Part shown: piece after piece, positions 9,984-20,207 of the stretch | Layout: every line of letters begins with the position of its first letter | How positions within the stretch are numbered: the stretch's first letter is position 1 | From: Candidatus Poribacteria bacterium | GTDB lineage: Bacteria > Poribacteria > WGA-4E > PCPOR2b | Reading direction: 5' to 3' | NCBI GenBank assembly: GCA_965218095.1 | Contig: OZ244587.1 | Coordinates: forward strand, 6,272,001-6,336,000 | DNA length: 64,000 nt | The notes under the pieces: generated by a model | What the model was told of the DNA's origin: nothing | Databases searched by the model: none | The model's input: the letters and a program-made list of their open reading frames with translations, nothing else | Program-made: the position numbers and the translations under genes

Positions 9984-10323
9984 TAAAGCGGGATTATGAC
10001 CACGCCATTGAAGACCTTACTAAAGCAATACAACTGAAGCCTGATTCTGCCTCCCTCTATCGCAAGCGTGGGTTAGCTTATCAGCAGAAAGGCGATCTTG
10101 CCCTTGCTGACGAAGACTTCACCAAAGTAATAGAATTGAAACGCGATTATGCCGAAGCCTACGTCTTGCATGCGCATAATTACTCTCTAAAGCGGGATTA
10201 TGACCACGCCATTGAAGACCTTACTAAAGCAATACAACTGAAGCCTGATTCTGCCTCCCTCTATCGCAGGCGTGGGTTGGTTTATCAGCAGAAAGGCGAT
10301 CATGCCCTTGCTGACGAAGACTT
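9984..10323 (+). repeat. Near-identical 136-bp direct repeat (9984..10119 / 10188..10323), period 204 bp = two TPR units
   Basis: taaagcgggattatgaccacgcc...gacgaagactt occurs twice with only a few substitutions. Confidence 0.9.
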
Positions 10324-10389
10324 TGACAAAGGAAGAATGCTCTGAAACGCACAACGAAAAGCTAAACGAACCCAAAAGGAGCGTTGATT

Positions 10390-11540
10390 ATGACACAAGA
10401 CAGCCAAAAGATTCGCGGATCCACAGAAGATAATCAGTGGAAACGAAAGGTCAAAGAACGTGATGGAAAATGTCGTGCATGTGGGGCGTCCCTTAACCTC
10501 CAGGTACACCATATCAAACCGTTAGAAAAATATCGTACTTTGCTACTGAATTTGATAATGGCATCATACTCTGTGGGAACTGCCACACGCGTTTGAGAGG
10601 AAAAGAAGAAAGCACCAATCTTAAAACGATTGTGCTTGATACGCAAATCGATGAACAGTTAAAGTAGCTCAACGGTAAATTTTGCGATTATCTGGAACCT
10701 TTGTTAAAATCAGATGATCCAGACACAAGGAATAACGCAGTTTTTGATCTGTTGGTTCAACTCCAAATTTATCCTGATTCACTTAATCAATTTCTTCCCC
10801 TTATCGAACGTTTCCTAAACAAGGAAAATGAATCTGATGAAGCGCTTGCCGAACAGATAATAGTCGGATTTCTTAAATACAACTCAAGCAAGGCGGCGTC
10901 ACAAATTGTTTGCGAATACGAAGAACGGATTGAAGCCGAAAAACACAAACGGAACATGGAACCGGAAGTATAAGGTGTTCCAAACGATGAAGAGGCGGCC
11001 AAATGGTTTCGCAAAGCCGCTGAACAAGGACATCCTGAAGCACAGTATCGCCTTGGCAAGATGCATGCAGAAAGCAAGGTCGTTGTTAAAGACGATGGTG
11101 AAGGAACCGAATCGTTACCCAAAACCGATGAACAAAACCATGTCAAAGACAGCATTAGCCGTGACAGGGAATATATCGAATTTTGGGCACCGATCCGCAA
11201 AAAAGATCCACTATTTAAAGGAGAGCCTATAAGTTGCGATTGGCTTCGAAAAGACATTAAGAAGGTGCATCTGGAGCTCTACGTTCTCAATCACGATTGC
11301 TATGTTAAGTTGGTATTTCGTATGGAAAACAGATTGGAACGTCGGGATGAGGTCATGAAGTTATTCCCAAAATCGGAATACAGTTACGAATATAGGAAAG
11401 CAAAAAAGTCTGTATCAGTCAGATTCCCTGTCCTTAATAAGGGAAAGGAAGACCGGGGCGATTGGAATGAAATCCGCGAGAAATTGGTCAACATGGGATC
11501 CAACATCTACAATCGGATTAAGAAATCTAATCTGCAGTAA
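10390..11540 (+). pseudogene. HNH endonuclease - helical domain - Sel1 - DUF4268-like protein, frameshifted/nonsense
   Basis: WKRKVKERDGKCRACG..LQVHHIKP / NGIILCGNCH; paralogous to 28021..29571; Sel1 KWFRKAAEQGHPEAQYRLG; C-terminal EFW..domain (ORF 11061..11540). Confidence 0.75.
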
Positions 11541-11702
11541 GTCATATAATAACAGAACTTAAGAGCCTGTTGTGTTCTGCTTTGACAGGCTACTTGGAAA
11601 TGTTTTTGCTAGCAGCGGAGGGCTGTACTGCCATCGGAAATTTAGCCCATTGTCTAAACCAAGATTGTGATACAATGACAGTCAGATTGAAAGGAGAATC
11701 CG

Positions 11703-11981
11703 ATGGCAAAACGAAGAAGATTCACACCCCAATTTAAGGCGGAAGTCGTTATTGAGGCACTTACCAACCAAAGTTCACAAGCGCAACTCTGTCGACAACA
11801 TAACCTCAGCGAAGAACAACTATCAAAGTGGAAACACCAACTCCTTGACAACGCAGCGATTCTCTTTGAATCCACTGATAAGCAATCCAACGACTCTAAA
11901 GAGCGGATTGCTCAACTGGAGCAACTCCTCGGTCGATTGACCCTAGCATTAGACATCCAAAAAAAGCCTCGACTTGGCTGA
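11703..11981 (+). CDS. IS3 transposase OrfA
   Basis: RRRFTPQFKAEVV..SQAQLCRQHNLSEEQLSKWK. Confidence 0.88.
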   Translation: MAKRRRFTPQFKAEVVIEALTNQSSQAQLCRQHNLSEEQLSKWKHQLLDNAAILFESTDKQSNDSKERIAQLEQLLGRLTLALDIQKKPRLG

Positions 11982-12822
11982 CTTGAATCGGTTTCAAAAG
12001 CGACAGATGGTTGAGGCTTTACAGACCGATTACTCGGTTCGACACATTTGTGAGGTTCTCGGCTTCAATCAGAGCAGTCTCTATTATCAATCTAAAAGCG
12101 ACCCCTTAGAGCTAGTGCTACGAGATGAAATCGAAAAACTATCTGCCCGTTATCCGAAATATGGCTATAGGCGTATCACGCAGTTGCTGTTGCGTATGGG
12201 ATACACGGTCGGTTACCGACGCATCGCCCGATTGATGAAAGCGGATAATCTGTGGGTCGCCGTAAAATGTGGCAGTCAAACCACCCAATCGTTTGACTGT
12301 GTTGGTCAATCGGTCAATCGGGTTGAGAATCTTGACATCTGTCGAAGCAATCAAGTTTGGGTCGGTGATATTACCTATGTCCGACTCAAAGGACAATTCG
12401 TCTATGTTTCGGTGTTAATCGATGTCTTGACCCGAATGATAAGAGGTTGGCAGATGAGTCGGCACTTGACACAACCTCTCACATTAAGACCGTTGCAACA
12501 GGCATTAAGCCAAAGCATTCCAGAAATTCATCATAGCGACCAGGGAGTTGAGTATCTTCCGACAGCCTATATTTCCACGCTTATCGGTCATGGGGTTGAG
12601 ATTTCCTTAGCGCATTGGGGGTGTCCGTGGGAGAACGGCTATGCTGAGAGGCTGATAAGAACCCTCAAGGAGGAAGAGGTCCATCTCAATGACCACGATG
12701 ATATAATGGATGCCAGAGCGCGAATCGGTCATTTTATTGGACAGGTTTATAACCAGAAACGACCTCACTCGGCGTTAGGGTATTTGACGCCAGTTGAATT
12801 TGAGCAAAAACACTTGTCTTAA
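11974..12822 (+). CDS. IS3 transposase OrfB (DDE)
   Basis: YGYRRI, WVGDITYV, HHSDQG, ENGYAERLIRTLKEE, RPHSALGYLTP. Confidence 0.88.
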   Translation: MADLNRFQKRQMVEALQTDYSVRHICEVLGFNQSSLYYQSKSDPLELVLRDEIEKLSARYPKYGYRRITQLLLRMGYTVGYRRIARLMKADNLWVAVKCGSQTTQSFDCVGQSVNRVENLDICRSNQVWVGDITYVRLKGQFVYVSVLIDVLTRMIRGWQMSRHLTQPLTLRPLQQALSQSIPEIHHSDQGVEYLPTAYISTLIGHGVEISLAHWGCPWENGYAERLIRTLKEEEVHLNDHDDIMDARARIGHFIGQVYNQKRPHSALGYLTPVEFEQKHLS

Positions 12823-12980
12823 CTTTGATGATTTCTGGTCTAAATTAACGTTGGCACTTCAGCCATCTGTTGATCTTTTCACGGCGACGGATCTGTTCAA
12901 TGGTTGGTCCACTGTTCGATCGTGGCATAAATCTTGGTTTCTTCCTCCTAATTGAATTTGTTATTTTCTCAGGCTTACCC

Positions 12981-14678
12981 TTATCCAGTAACAGCGCCTT
13001 CAGATGCTGAAGAGACGAGACGCGCGTATTTCGCCATCACGCCGCGAGTGTAAGGCGGGGCTGGCGACGTCCAGTTGTCGAGTCGCGCTCGGATCTCCTC
13101 GTCCGAAAGTTCAACGTTGATTCGAAGCGTTTCGGCGTCAATTACAACGGTGTCGCCGTCACGTAATATCGCGATTGGCCCACCGTGTGCCGCTTCCGGC
13201 GCAATGTGGCAAACCATAAAGCCGTGCGTGGCGCCAGAAAACCGGCCGTCCGTTAAGAGAGCGACATCTTCACCCAGTCCAGCCCCGACGATTGCGGCGG
13301 TGACACCGAGCATTTCTCGCATACCGGGGCCACCGGCGGGGCCTTCATAGCGGATGACAACCACATCACCCGGCTGGATGGCTCCGCCCTTAATCGCCGC
13401 GAAGGTGTCTTCTTCACGTTCAAAGATACGCGCGGGGCCTCTATGGACAATCCTATCATGGCCGGCTAACTTAATTACACAGCCGTCGGGGGCGAGGTTG
13501 CCTCTGAGAATCGCAAACCCACCGGTTGGCTTGATTGGATTCGATATGGGACGGACAACTTCCTGTCCTTCCTCTTCGAGAGCCTGAGTGGCTTCCTCAC
13601 CGATGGTTTTTCCCGTCACGGTGAGTTCATCGGTGTAGAGAAGTCCGGCTTCCATCAGCCGTTTGGCGACAAGTTGAATGCCACCCGCACGGTGCAGGTC
13701 CGCGGCGACAAAACGACCGCCGGGTCTGAGGTCTACAAAAATCGGCGTCCGCGATCTGATTTCTTCAAAGTCGTCGATTGTCAGCGGTATATTTGCTTCG
13801 TGTGCAATTGCGAGCAGATGAAGGACGCCATTCGTCGAGCCGCCTGTTGTTGCAACTGAAGCAATCGCGTTTTCGAGCGAACGACGGGTGATAATCTGGC
13901 TTGGTCGTCGATCAGCCGCCAGCATGTCCATAACCAACTCGCCAGCTTGGAATGCAACGTCGTCTTTATTCCCATCCACTGCTGGGACACTGCCGCTTCC
14001 CATTGGCGCCATGCCGAGGATTTCGACAGCGGTTGCCATCGTGTTGGCGGTGTATTGTCCGCCGCACGCCCCCGGTCCGGGACAGCCTTTGCTAATCAGG
14101 TCGTCGAGGGCTTCAACGGTGATTTTGCCCGTAGCGTGCACCCCCACCGCCTCGAAAACCTCCATGATCGTTACATCTTTCCCCTGGAAGCGGCCAGGCA
14201 TGATTGACCCGCCGTAAAGCGTCAGTGAGGGGACATCCAAACGGGCAAGCGCCATCATTGTTCCGGGAACGGTTTTGTCGCATCCACAGAGCGCAACAAC
14301 CGCATCAAACATGTTACCGCGGCAGACGAGCTCAATGGAATCCGCAATTATCTCCCGACTGATGAGCGATGCCTTCATCCCCTCGGTGCCCATCGTGATT
14401 CCGTCTGAAATACTTACCGTGTTAAATTCGAGAGGGGTTCCTCCAGCCGCACGGATTCCTTCCTTCACCTTCGCAGCGAGATGGCGAAGGTGGTAGTTAC
14501 AGGGACCAATCTCGATCCATGTGTTGGCAACACCGATGATCGGCTTATCCAGATCTTCTGGCTTGAGTCCGTCCTCACCAAACATCAGCATCGCTCGCGC
14601 CGCCGCCCGATCTGGTCCATCTGTAATCGCATAGCTCTGGCGTTTGAGTTCATTTCTCATATTTTGCTGTATCTCCAA
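12981..14678 (-). CDS. ilvD: Dihydroxy-acid dehydratase
   Basis: [65 protein letters not shown]. Confidence 0.97.
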   Translation of the reverse strand: MEIQQNMRNELKRQSYAITDGPDRAAARAMLMFGEDGLKPEDLDKPIIGVANTWIEIGPCNYHLRHLAAKVKEGIRAAGGTPLEFNTVSISDGITMGTEGMKASLISREIIADSIELVCRGNMFDAVVALCGCDKTVPGTMMALARLDVPSLTLYGGSIMPGRFQGKDVTIMEVFEAVGVHATGKITVEALDDLISKGCPGPGACGGQYTANTMATAVEILGMAPMGSGSVPAVDGNKDDVAFQAGELVMDMLAADRRPSQIITRRSLENAIASVATTGGSTNGVLHLLAIAHEANIPLTIDDFEEIRSRTPIFVDLRPGGRFVAADLHRAGGIQLVAKRLMEAGLLYTDELTVTGKTIGEEATQALEEEGQEVVRPISNPIKPTGGFAILRGNLAPDGCVIKLAGHDRIVHRGPARIFEREEDTFAAIKGGAIQPGDVVVIRYEGPAGGPGMREMLGVTAAIVGAGLGEDVALLTDGRFSGATHGFMVCHIAPEAAHGGPIAILRDGDTVVIDAETLRINVELSDEEIRARLDNWTSPAPPYTRGVMAKYARLVSSASEGAVTG

Positions 14679-14689
14679 TTATGTGTATT

Positions 14690-15230
14690 TCAGTCAATCA
14701 TACTCAACAAAATCCCTAAAATTTTATCCACATCACCAAGATAATATTCCCCTATGTCAACATAGACGATTTGATCTTCAAGTTTCAGAAATTTCCAAAC
14801 GTTTCCTGTTGTGACAACACCATAGATTGTAGAAATCCCTTTTTCCCCCTGTTCATTGAACAATTTTGCGGCAACCATTTCCGCGACACATCGCCCAATT
14901 TCTCTAATGATATTTTTCATTTTTGGCTTCGGCAACAACAATCACCGGTGCTTTGATAAAGAGCTGCTCTGGCGATCGGCTGATGATAAAATCGCACACC
15001 CCGGTCAACCCTTTTTCTTTGTCCACATTGAATGGACGTCCAGAAAACAGGCTAATCGAGGGTACTGCCAAGTCTCGGAATTCGAGCAGAATTGGCGCAG
15101 CGATCATTTCCGATCGAGATTTTTCGGTGTTGATCGCCAGCGCCAGGGAAGACATTTCTTGCGAGCGTTTGGTCGAGCAGATCGCTGGTTTTGACTCCCT
15201 CCACCGTAGAAAACAGATCGTTTGTTTCAT
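14690..15230 (-). pseudogene. Conserved hypothetical PD-(D/E)XK-like (HsdR-N-like) protein, frameshifted
   Basis: NTEKSRSEMI.APIL..G.CDFII..VAEAKNE continues in another frame as RCVAEMVAA..IYGVVTTGNVWKFL. Confidence 0.7.
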
Positions 15231-15362
15231 CAGTTTGTAATTGAAATGCTTCCTGTGCCTCTAGTCTTGATAAAAATCCGATCGACAGTTGAATATGCTT
15301 GAACCTTTCCTGGTTTCAAGAACTTTGTTGGAGACCTACTCAAGCAATACGATACCACTTTG

Positions 15363-15842
15363 TTATATCGGCTTCACGCGGAACAACGGCTGATCAAACT
15401 CAACAGCAGTGGCGTTTTCAACGAGGATCTCAAGGATTTCACACGGAAAGCCCGGTGTAACCGGGTTAAAGATTTTCATCGCTTCAATCAAGCATAAGGT
15501 ATCCTCTTCGGAGACGACCGTCCCGACCTCTACATAGAGTGGCTCTTCCGGTGATGGCGACTGATAAAACAAGCCTGGCATCGGCGATCGAATGATTTCT
15601 CCCGCTTCCTGTGGTAGCTGCACGGCTGAAGAGGACACAGAAGACTCTGTTTGCTGTATTTCCGACGAGGATACCGCATTGGTTTGATGGAGAAAGGAGG
15701 AAGGCACGAAATTACCGTCGCGCCGAACCTTCAAGGTAATTTCGCCCTCGTGCAGGTAGACCTCCATCAGATCCCGGTCCTCCATGATTTCGCAGACTTG
15801 CTGGAGCAGATCTATGGCGGATGACGATTTATTTTCGGGCAT
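15363..15842 (-). CDS. accB: Acetyl-CoA carboxylase biotin carboxyl carrier protein
   Basis: IRSPMPG.FY.SPSP, IEAMK biotinylation motif, VEFDQPLF. Confidence 0.95.
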   Translation of the reverse strand: MPENKSSSAIDLLQQVCEIMEDRDLMEVYLHEGEITLKVRRDGNFVPSSFLHQTNAVSSSEIQQTESSVSSSAVQLPQEAGEIIRSPMPGLFYQSPSPEEPLYVEVGTVVSEEDTLCLIEAMKIFNPVTPGFPCEILEILVENATAVEFDQPLFRVKPI

Positions 15843-15845
15843 GGC

Positions 15846-16403
15846 TTAAACCCTCTCTACATACGTTCCTGTGCGGGTATCAACCTTGATTGTCGTCCCA
15901 TTTCCGACAAACAGGGGAACCTGGACAACGCCGCCTGTTTCCAATGTCGCTGGCTTTGACCCGCCGCTAGCGGTATCGCCGCGCACACCAGGGTCTGTTT
16001 CGACAATTTTGAGTTCTACAAATGTCGGCAATTCGATCGTCACTGGCGTATTCCCGTCAACTTTGACCTTAATCGTTTCTCCTTCCTTGAGAAACTTTAG
16101 CCCATCGCTAACAAGATCTTCTGATAGTGCGTGTTGCTCAAAAGTCTCGTTGTCCATAAAATGCAATAGATTTCCATCACTATACATGTACTGCATTTCA
16201 CAATCTTCAAGACGAACGGTTTCGATCGTATCTTTTGAGCGGAACGTCCGATCGATCACCGCTCCATCGGTGACCCGCTTGAGCTTGGTGCGAGCGAATG
16301 CGCCGCCTTTGCCGGGCTTGACATGTTGACAATTCACGATGATGTAAATAACGTTATTGAGCCTGATGACTAAACCATTTCGTAAATCATTGAGCGTTGC
16401 CAT
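15846..16403 (-). CDS. efp: Elongation factor P
   Basis: HVKPGKGGAF, PGVRGDTASGGSKPATLETG, DTRTG.YVER. Confidence 0.98.
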   Translation of the reverse strand: MATLNDLRNGLVIRLNNVIYIIVNCQHVKPGKGGAFARTKLKRVTDGAVIDRTFRSKDTIETVRLEDCEMQYMYSDGNLLHFMDNETFEQHALSEDLVSDGLKFLKEGETIKVKVDGNTPVTIELPTFVELKIVETDPGVRGDTASGGSKPATLETGGVVQVPLFVGNGTTIKVDTRTGTYVERV

Positions 16404-16477
16404 AAAACTCTCCTTAAATCAATTATAATTTAATAACGTGTGCAAGCCAAACAAACGCCTTCGACATCGAACGGATT

Positions 16478-17281
16478 TTACAAATCGATGCCTGTTGCGC
16501 CTATAATGAGCATCGTTTTGGGATTTTGTACATACCCAATAATAGAAGCGTTTTTGATGACGACCGAAGAAGGCACAGATAGTTCGACCTGTCCATTGAC
16601 TGCTTTGCTGAACTCAATCGTTTCAAATGCCCGCACGACGTTTTCATGTTTTAATGTACGCCCGCTATTTTCGCCGCTTCGAATATGCTGTGTAATTTCG
16701 CGCTCAACCAAAGTGACATGCAATACACTTTGCCCTGGAGCCTTGGACACCTTAAATTCAACGACCACTTTACCGGAGTCAAGCTTTGCACGCGGTTTTA
16801 ATATCACATTGACCCCGTCGTGCGAACGGGATTGCTTCAACGCTGAGTTGATTGCCGAAGTTCCTCGTCTTCGATCGGAACCCACAAATGCTTGCGTTCC
16901 ATTGACAATCATTTGTGGCGTGTAAATCCGTCCTGAATGCGTAACTTGAGCGTATCTTCTTTGACGGTTTGAATAACGGCTATCACTAAATGGGTCCTTC
17001 CATCCAAGATAATTCCAGTAATCTACATGAAAAGCCAAGGCAAAAATCTGTTGATTTTCTTTACGGGCGCCCTGCTCGATTTCGCTGAGAAACTTCTCAG
17101 CCGGCGGACAACTGGATCACCCTTCTGATGTAAATAATTCCACGACAGCGAATGGGAGTGGCGCTCGTTGAGCGACAGAATTAGAATCGTTTCTTCCTGA
17201 CAATTGAGCTTGAGCACTGCCCCACAGAATCAAAAGTAAGAGTAGGCAGGCAATTTGCGAGAACAAACCTTGAATCTTCAT
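16478..17281 (-). CDS. Exported DUF1223 thioredoxin-fold protein, probable selenoprotein (UGA 17117-17119, UxxC)
   Basis: Signal peptide; VVELFTSEG-TGA-SSCPPA in frame with AFHVDYWNYLGWKDPF..YTPQ..GEN.GRTL.HENVVR; SECIS-like hairpin downstream. Confidence 0.85.
17084..17101 (-). promoter_or_regulatory. Putative bacterial SECIS hairpin
   Basis: mRNA GCUGAGA-AGUU-UCUCAGC starting 15 nt after the UGA; G then U in the apical loop. Confidence 0.7.
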
Positions 17282-17381
17282 TGTTGCTCCCTCTTTAGTA
17301 TAAATTGCTACTCTGAGCAAGGCATCTCACCAAACACGGTCACAAAGCCCTCCGCTTCGTTCAGAGTGATATTGCTTTATA

Positions 17382-17579
17382 TCATCTTCGTTGAGAACTT
17401 CGCATCCTGCGGCGGTAAACCACCAACCACATCACTATCGTGGCTGGTTCCGGGAACGAGTCCGCCGTGAAGTTGTTAAAGTTGAAGCCGCTACCACTTA
17501 CATAGGAGAGAACAACCTCCTGTCCAATGGCAACTCTATTATCGGTCGAGAAGTCAAAAACGTCATCTCCAAATCTCAT
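17382..17579 (-). pseudogene. Short ORF ending in a PEP-CTERM-like tail (probable remnant)
   Basis: FPEPATIVMWLVVYRRRMR: PEP, short hydrophobic stretch, basic cluster. Confidence 0.35.
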
Positions 17580-17803
17580 TTCCTAGCTCCAGTAGGATGT
17601 TTTTTTAATTTGAAGTTGCTGCAATTACGTTAAGTTATCCTCAATTCCCTTTTTTGCTACACTATTATTTTGGCATAAAAGAGCAGTAAAGTCAAGAAGG
17701 TTAATCAATGTTTAACGGAAAAATGGAGAAATGTCTTTGGAAGCAACTCGTCCTCGATTAGATCGAAACAGCACGCAATTTGGACGACAGTCGGCAGATT
17801 GTG

Positions 17804-18856
17804 CTATTCAATCACCCCACCTCCTAAACAGATTCCACCGTCATAAAATACAGCAAATTGACCCGGCGCAATCCCCGAATCTTTAGTCGATATTCTTACA
17901 GCCAGGAGTTTTTCATCGATGGTTTCGATCGCGCAGTCATTCAGATAGGGACCATGACGAATTTTAACATGGAGTTCATGCTTCTCAGGTTTTCCAGAAA
18001 TCCAGTTTACATCGGCAACAGTAAATTGATTTCTGGCACACCAATCGTGGTAATCCTTATGAGAAACATAAACGATGCTATTTCCCGTGTCCTTCTTGAC
18101 CACATACCACGGACCACCGCTTAATCCTAACCCCTGACGCTGACCAATGGTATAGAACCAAAATCCGCGGTGTTGTCCAAGGACAGCCCCGGATTCCAGT
18201 TCGATAATATCTCCTATCTTTTCGCCCAGATGAAATTTGACGAAATCCGGGTGTTTTATTTTTCCCAAAAAACAGATTCCTTGACTGTCTTTACGGTCTT
18301 TATTGGGTAAATCGAACTTTTGAGCCAGCACCCTGACCTCCTTTTTCCACAGATGCCCAATGGGGAAAAGGATTCGGCTTAATTGCGCCTGGCTTAAACC
18401 CAATAAAAAGTAGGTTTGGTCTTTTACCGGATCTGGGGCTCTTTTTAAGACATATTTTCCGTTAGTTTCTTCAACTTGCGCATAATGTCCCGATGCCACT
18501 TTGTCATAACTGTCGTCGATTTTATTCAAGAACTCACCAAATTTTATGCGCTGATTACAGAAAATATCAGGACTTGGTGTACGTCCAGCCTTCAGTTCAT
18601 TCAGGGCATAGGTAACGACCTTTTTATGATATTCTGATTGAAGGGAAACAATTTTTAGGGGTACACCTGCCTGTTCACAAATGGCACGGGCATACTTCAG
18701 ATCTGTCTCCCACGGGCACTCACCCAGAAAGGCGAGCTCATCCTCTAACCATATTTTGAGGTAAAAAGCCGTGACATCGTGACCTTCTTCATTTTTGATT
18801 AAATGAAGCGCAACGGAGCTATCTACCCCGCCCGAAAGTAAAACAGCTATTTTCAT
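17804..18856 (-). CDS. mnmA: tRNA-specific 2-thiouridylase
   Basis: SGGVDSS, TPSPDIFCN..IKF, KDQTYFL, KDSQGICF, YTIGQR.GL, APGQFAVFY. Confidence 0.97.
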   Translation of the reverse strand: MKIAVLLSGGVDSSVALHLIKNEEGHDVTAFYLKIWLEDELAFLGECPWETDLKYARAICEQAGVPLKIVSLQSEYHKKVVTYALNELKAGRTPSPDIFCNQRIKFGEFLNKIDDSYDKVASGHYAQVEETNGKYVLKRAPDPVKDQTYFLLGLSQAQLSRILFPIGHLWKKEVRVLAQKFDLPNKDRKDSQGICFLGKIKHPDFVKFHLGEKIGDIIELESGAVLGQHRGFWFYTIGQRQGLGLSGGPWYVVKKDTGNSIVYVSHKDYHDWCARNQFTVADVNWISGKPEKHELHVKIRHGPYLNDCAIETIDEKLLAVRISTKDSGIAPGQFAVFYDGGICLGGGVIE

Positions 18857-19041
18857 GTGAATCACTTCTGAATTTTTGCACTTTGAAGGGCAGTACCAGG
18901 TGGGCAGAAATGACTGCCACTTCTCGGTTATGCCGTTAGAATCGCGGCGATTGCCCTATGTGCGCCGAGCAAGAACGATGGATACAGCAGAACGTCCACA
19001 GCGGACATGATGCGCCCTTGATCTCCGAATACATCCCAAAA

Positions 19042-19491
19042 TCACTCAGTAGATGCCGATTCCCGCAAAATGTGAATCATCGCATCCAACGCGAGATCAT
19101 AACTATACACGCCGAAACCGCCAATCACACCGACAGAGATGGGGGAAACGTAAGAGTAGCAGCGGAAGGACTCACGCGCATAGATATTGGAAAGATGGAT
19201 TTCAACGACAGGAAGATGAACAGCGGACAAAGCATCTCGAATCGCGACGCTCGTATGGGTGTAAGCCGCGGGGTTGATCAGAATGCCCTCCGCCCAATCA
19301 ATATTGTCGCCAATGACGGAGACAATCTCCCCTTCGTGGTTTGATTGGCAGATCTTGAGTTCAACGTCCCGTTTCGAGGCAATTTCGCGCAGGTGTAAAT
19401 TGATGTCCCCCAGCGTTTGATTACCGTAAATTTCGGGTTGACGTTTACCCAAAAGTTGGAGGTTCGGCCCGTGAATCAGTAGAATCTTCAT
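19042..19491 (-). CDS. aroQ: Type II 3-dehydroquinate dehydratase
   Basis: HGPNL.LLGKRQPEIYG, QSNHEG, INPAAYTHTSVAIRDA, EIHLSN. Confidence 0.96.
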   Translation of the reverse strand: MKILLIHGPNLQLLGKRQPEIYGNQTLGDINLHLREIASKRDVELKICQSNHEGEIVSVIGDNIDWAEGILINPAAYTHTSVAIRDALSAVHLPVVEIHLSNIYARESFRCYSYVSPISVGVIGGFGVYSYDLALDAMIHILRESASTE

Positions 19492-19495
19492 CTTT

Positions 19496-20152
19496 TCAGT
19501 CCCCTTGAGCAAAGTCTTTCGGCTTGAATTTAGAATCGTTCATGATTCTTACCATCCTATCATCCCCCAAACCAACAACGAACAGCCTGTGTTGGTAGGC
19601 AAATCGATCCGCCCCTTCATCGAAACTCACTCCTGCCACAGCGGCATAGATCTGTTTTCCTTTATATTCCGGGAAGAATTCCTCAGATCGCTTGAGTTCA
19701 TCAAAGAAATCACGAACATCATCAATTTTTAAGGTGGTTTTGACTTCGATAACAACAACGGCATCATCGTTTTTCAAGAGAAGATCGACTTCCATCTGCG
19801 TACCGTTACGTGGCTGTTTCATTCTCGGACAGCTTCCTGTCACCCCTATTCCTCTTTCCTGAAAAATCCTTACACTACCTGGTTCAACCAACGCCTCAAT
19901 CAGTTTTCCCCATTGACTTGTAAAGAGATCAGCAAGCTCCCTGATTTTTTGATCGGTCTCTTTAAAGAGTTCTCGAAGCTTCTGGAAACCCACAACCATT
20001 TCCTGATGAAGTAGATTCATCCTTTCATCTCTTTCCCGGAGCTCTTTGGCGAGTCTCTCGTCTGTCTCCCGAAACAATTTCCGAATTTCATCAAATGATT
20101 GTTGTACATCTTGCTGCATGATAGCTATACTCTCCTGAACCTTGGTTGACAT
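19496..20152 (-). CDS. Coiled-coil plus PD-(D/E)XK-like hypothetical protein (DUF3782-like)
   Basis: FRETD coiled-coil repeats, QWGKLIEALV, EVDLLL..VVIEVKTTL, AYQHRLFV. Confidence 0.7.
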   Translation of the reverse strand: MSTKVQESIAIMQQDVQQSFDEIRKLFRETDERLAKELRERDERMNLLHQEMVVGFQKLRELFKETDQKIRELADLFTSQWGKLIEALVEPGSVRIFQERGIGVTGSCPRMKQPRNGTQMEVDLLLKNDDAVVVIEVKTTLKIDDVRDFFDELKRSEEFFPEYKGKQIYAAVAGVSFDEGADRFAYQHRLFVVGLGDDRMVRIMNDSKFKPKDFAQGD

Positions 20153-20207
20153 TTACTGTCCTCAAACTACTCGCTTGATGCTCGCGTCGCTTGGATCTAC
20201 TTCAACT

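Larger units (their letters stand above)
8352..10345 (+). pseudogene. DUF559 (Vsr-like) endonuclease-TPR protein interrupted by IS3
   Basis: ESPIE...RLDFAF..KVAIYCDGY|EYHSD..DREQSRELQLLGWVVLRFTGSEI joins seamlessly after removing IS and one TGA duplication; TPR repeats follow. Confidence 0.85.
11624..12861 (+). mobile_element. IS3-family insertion sequence (second type)
   Basis: TG...CA ends with IRs TGTACTGCCATCGGAAATTTAG / CTAAATTAACGTTGGCACTTCA; A7G slippery site at ~11959. Confidence 0.9.

Noticed and set aside
9984-10323. Repeat pair as CRISPR or DGR template/variable repeat
   Set aside because: It is an in-frame TPR duplication, mismatches are not consistently at adenines of one copy, and there is no reverse transcriptase or cas gene in the window.
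12862-12930. RBS plus short N-terminal fragment (MPRSNSGPTIEQIRRREKINRW) abutting IS3
   Set aside because: Too short to identify, and the IS lacks a clean DR, so the other half cannot be reconstructed.
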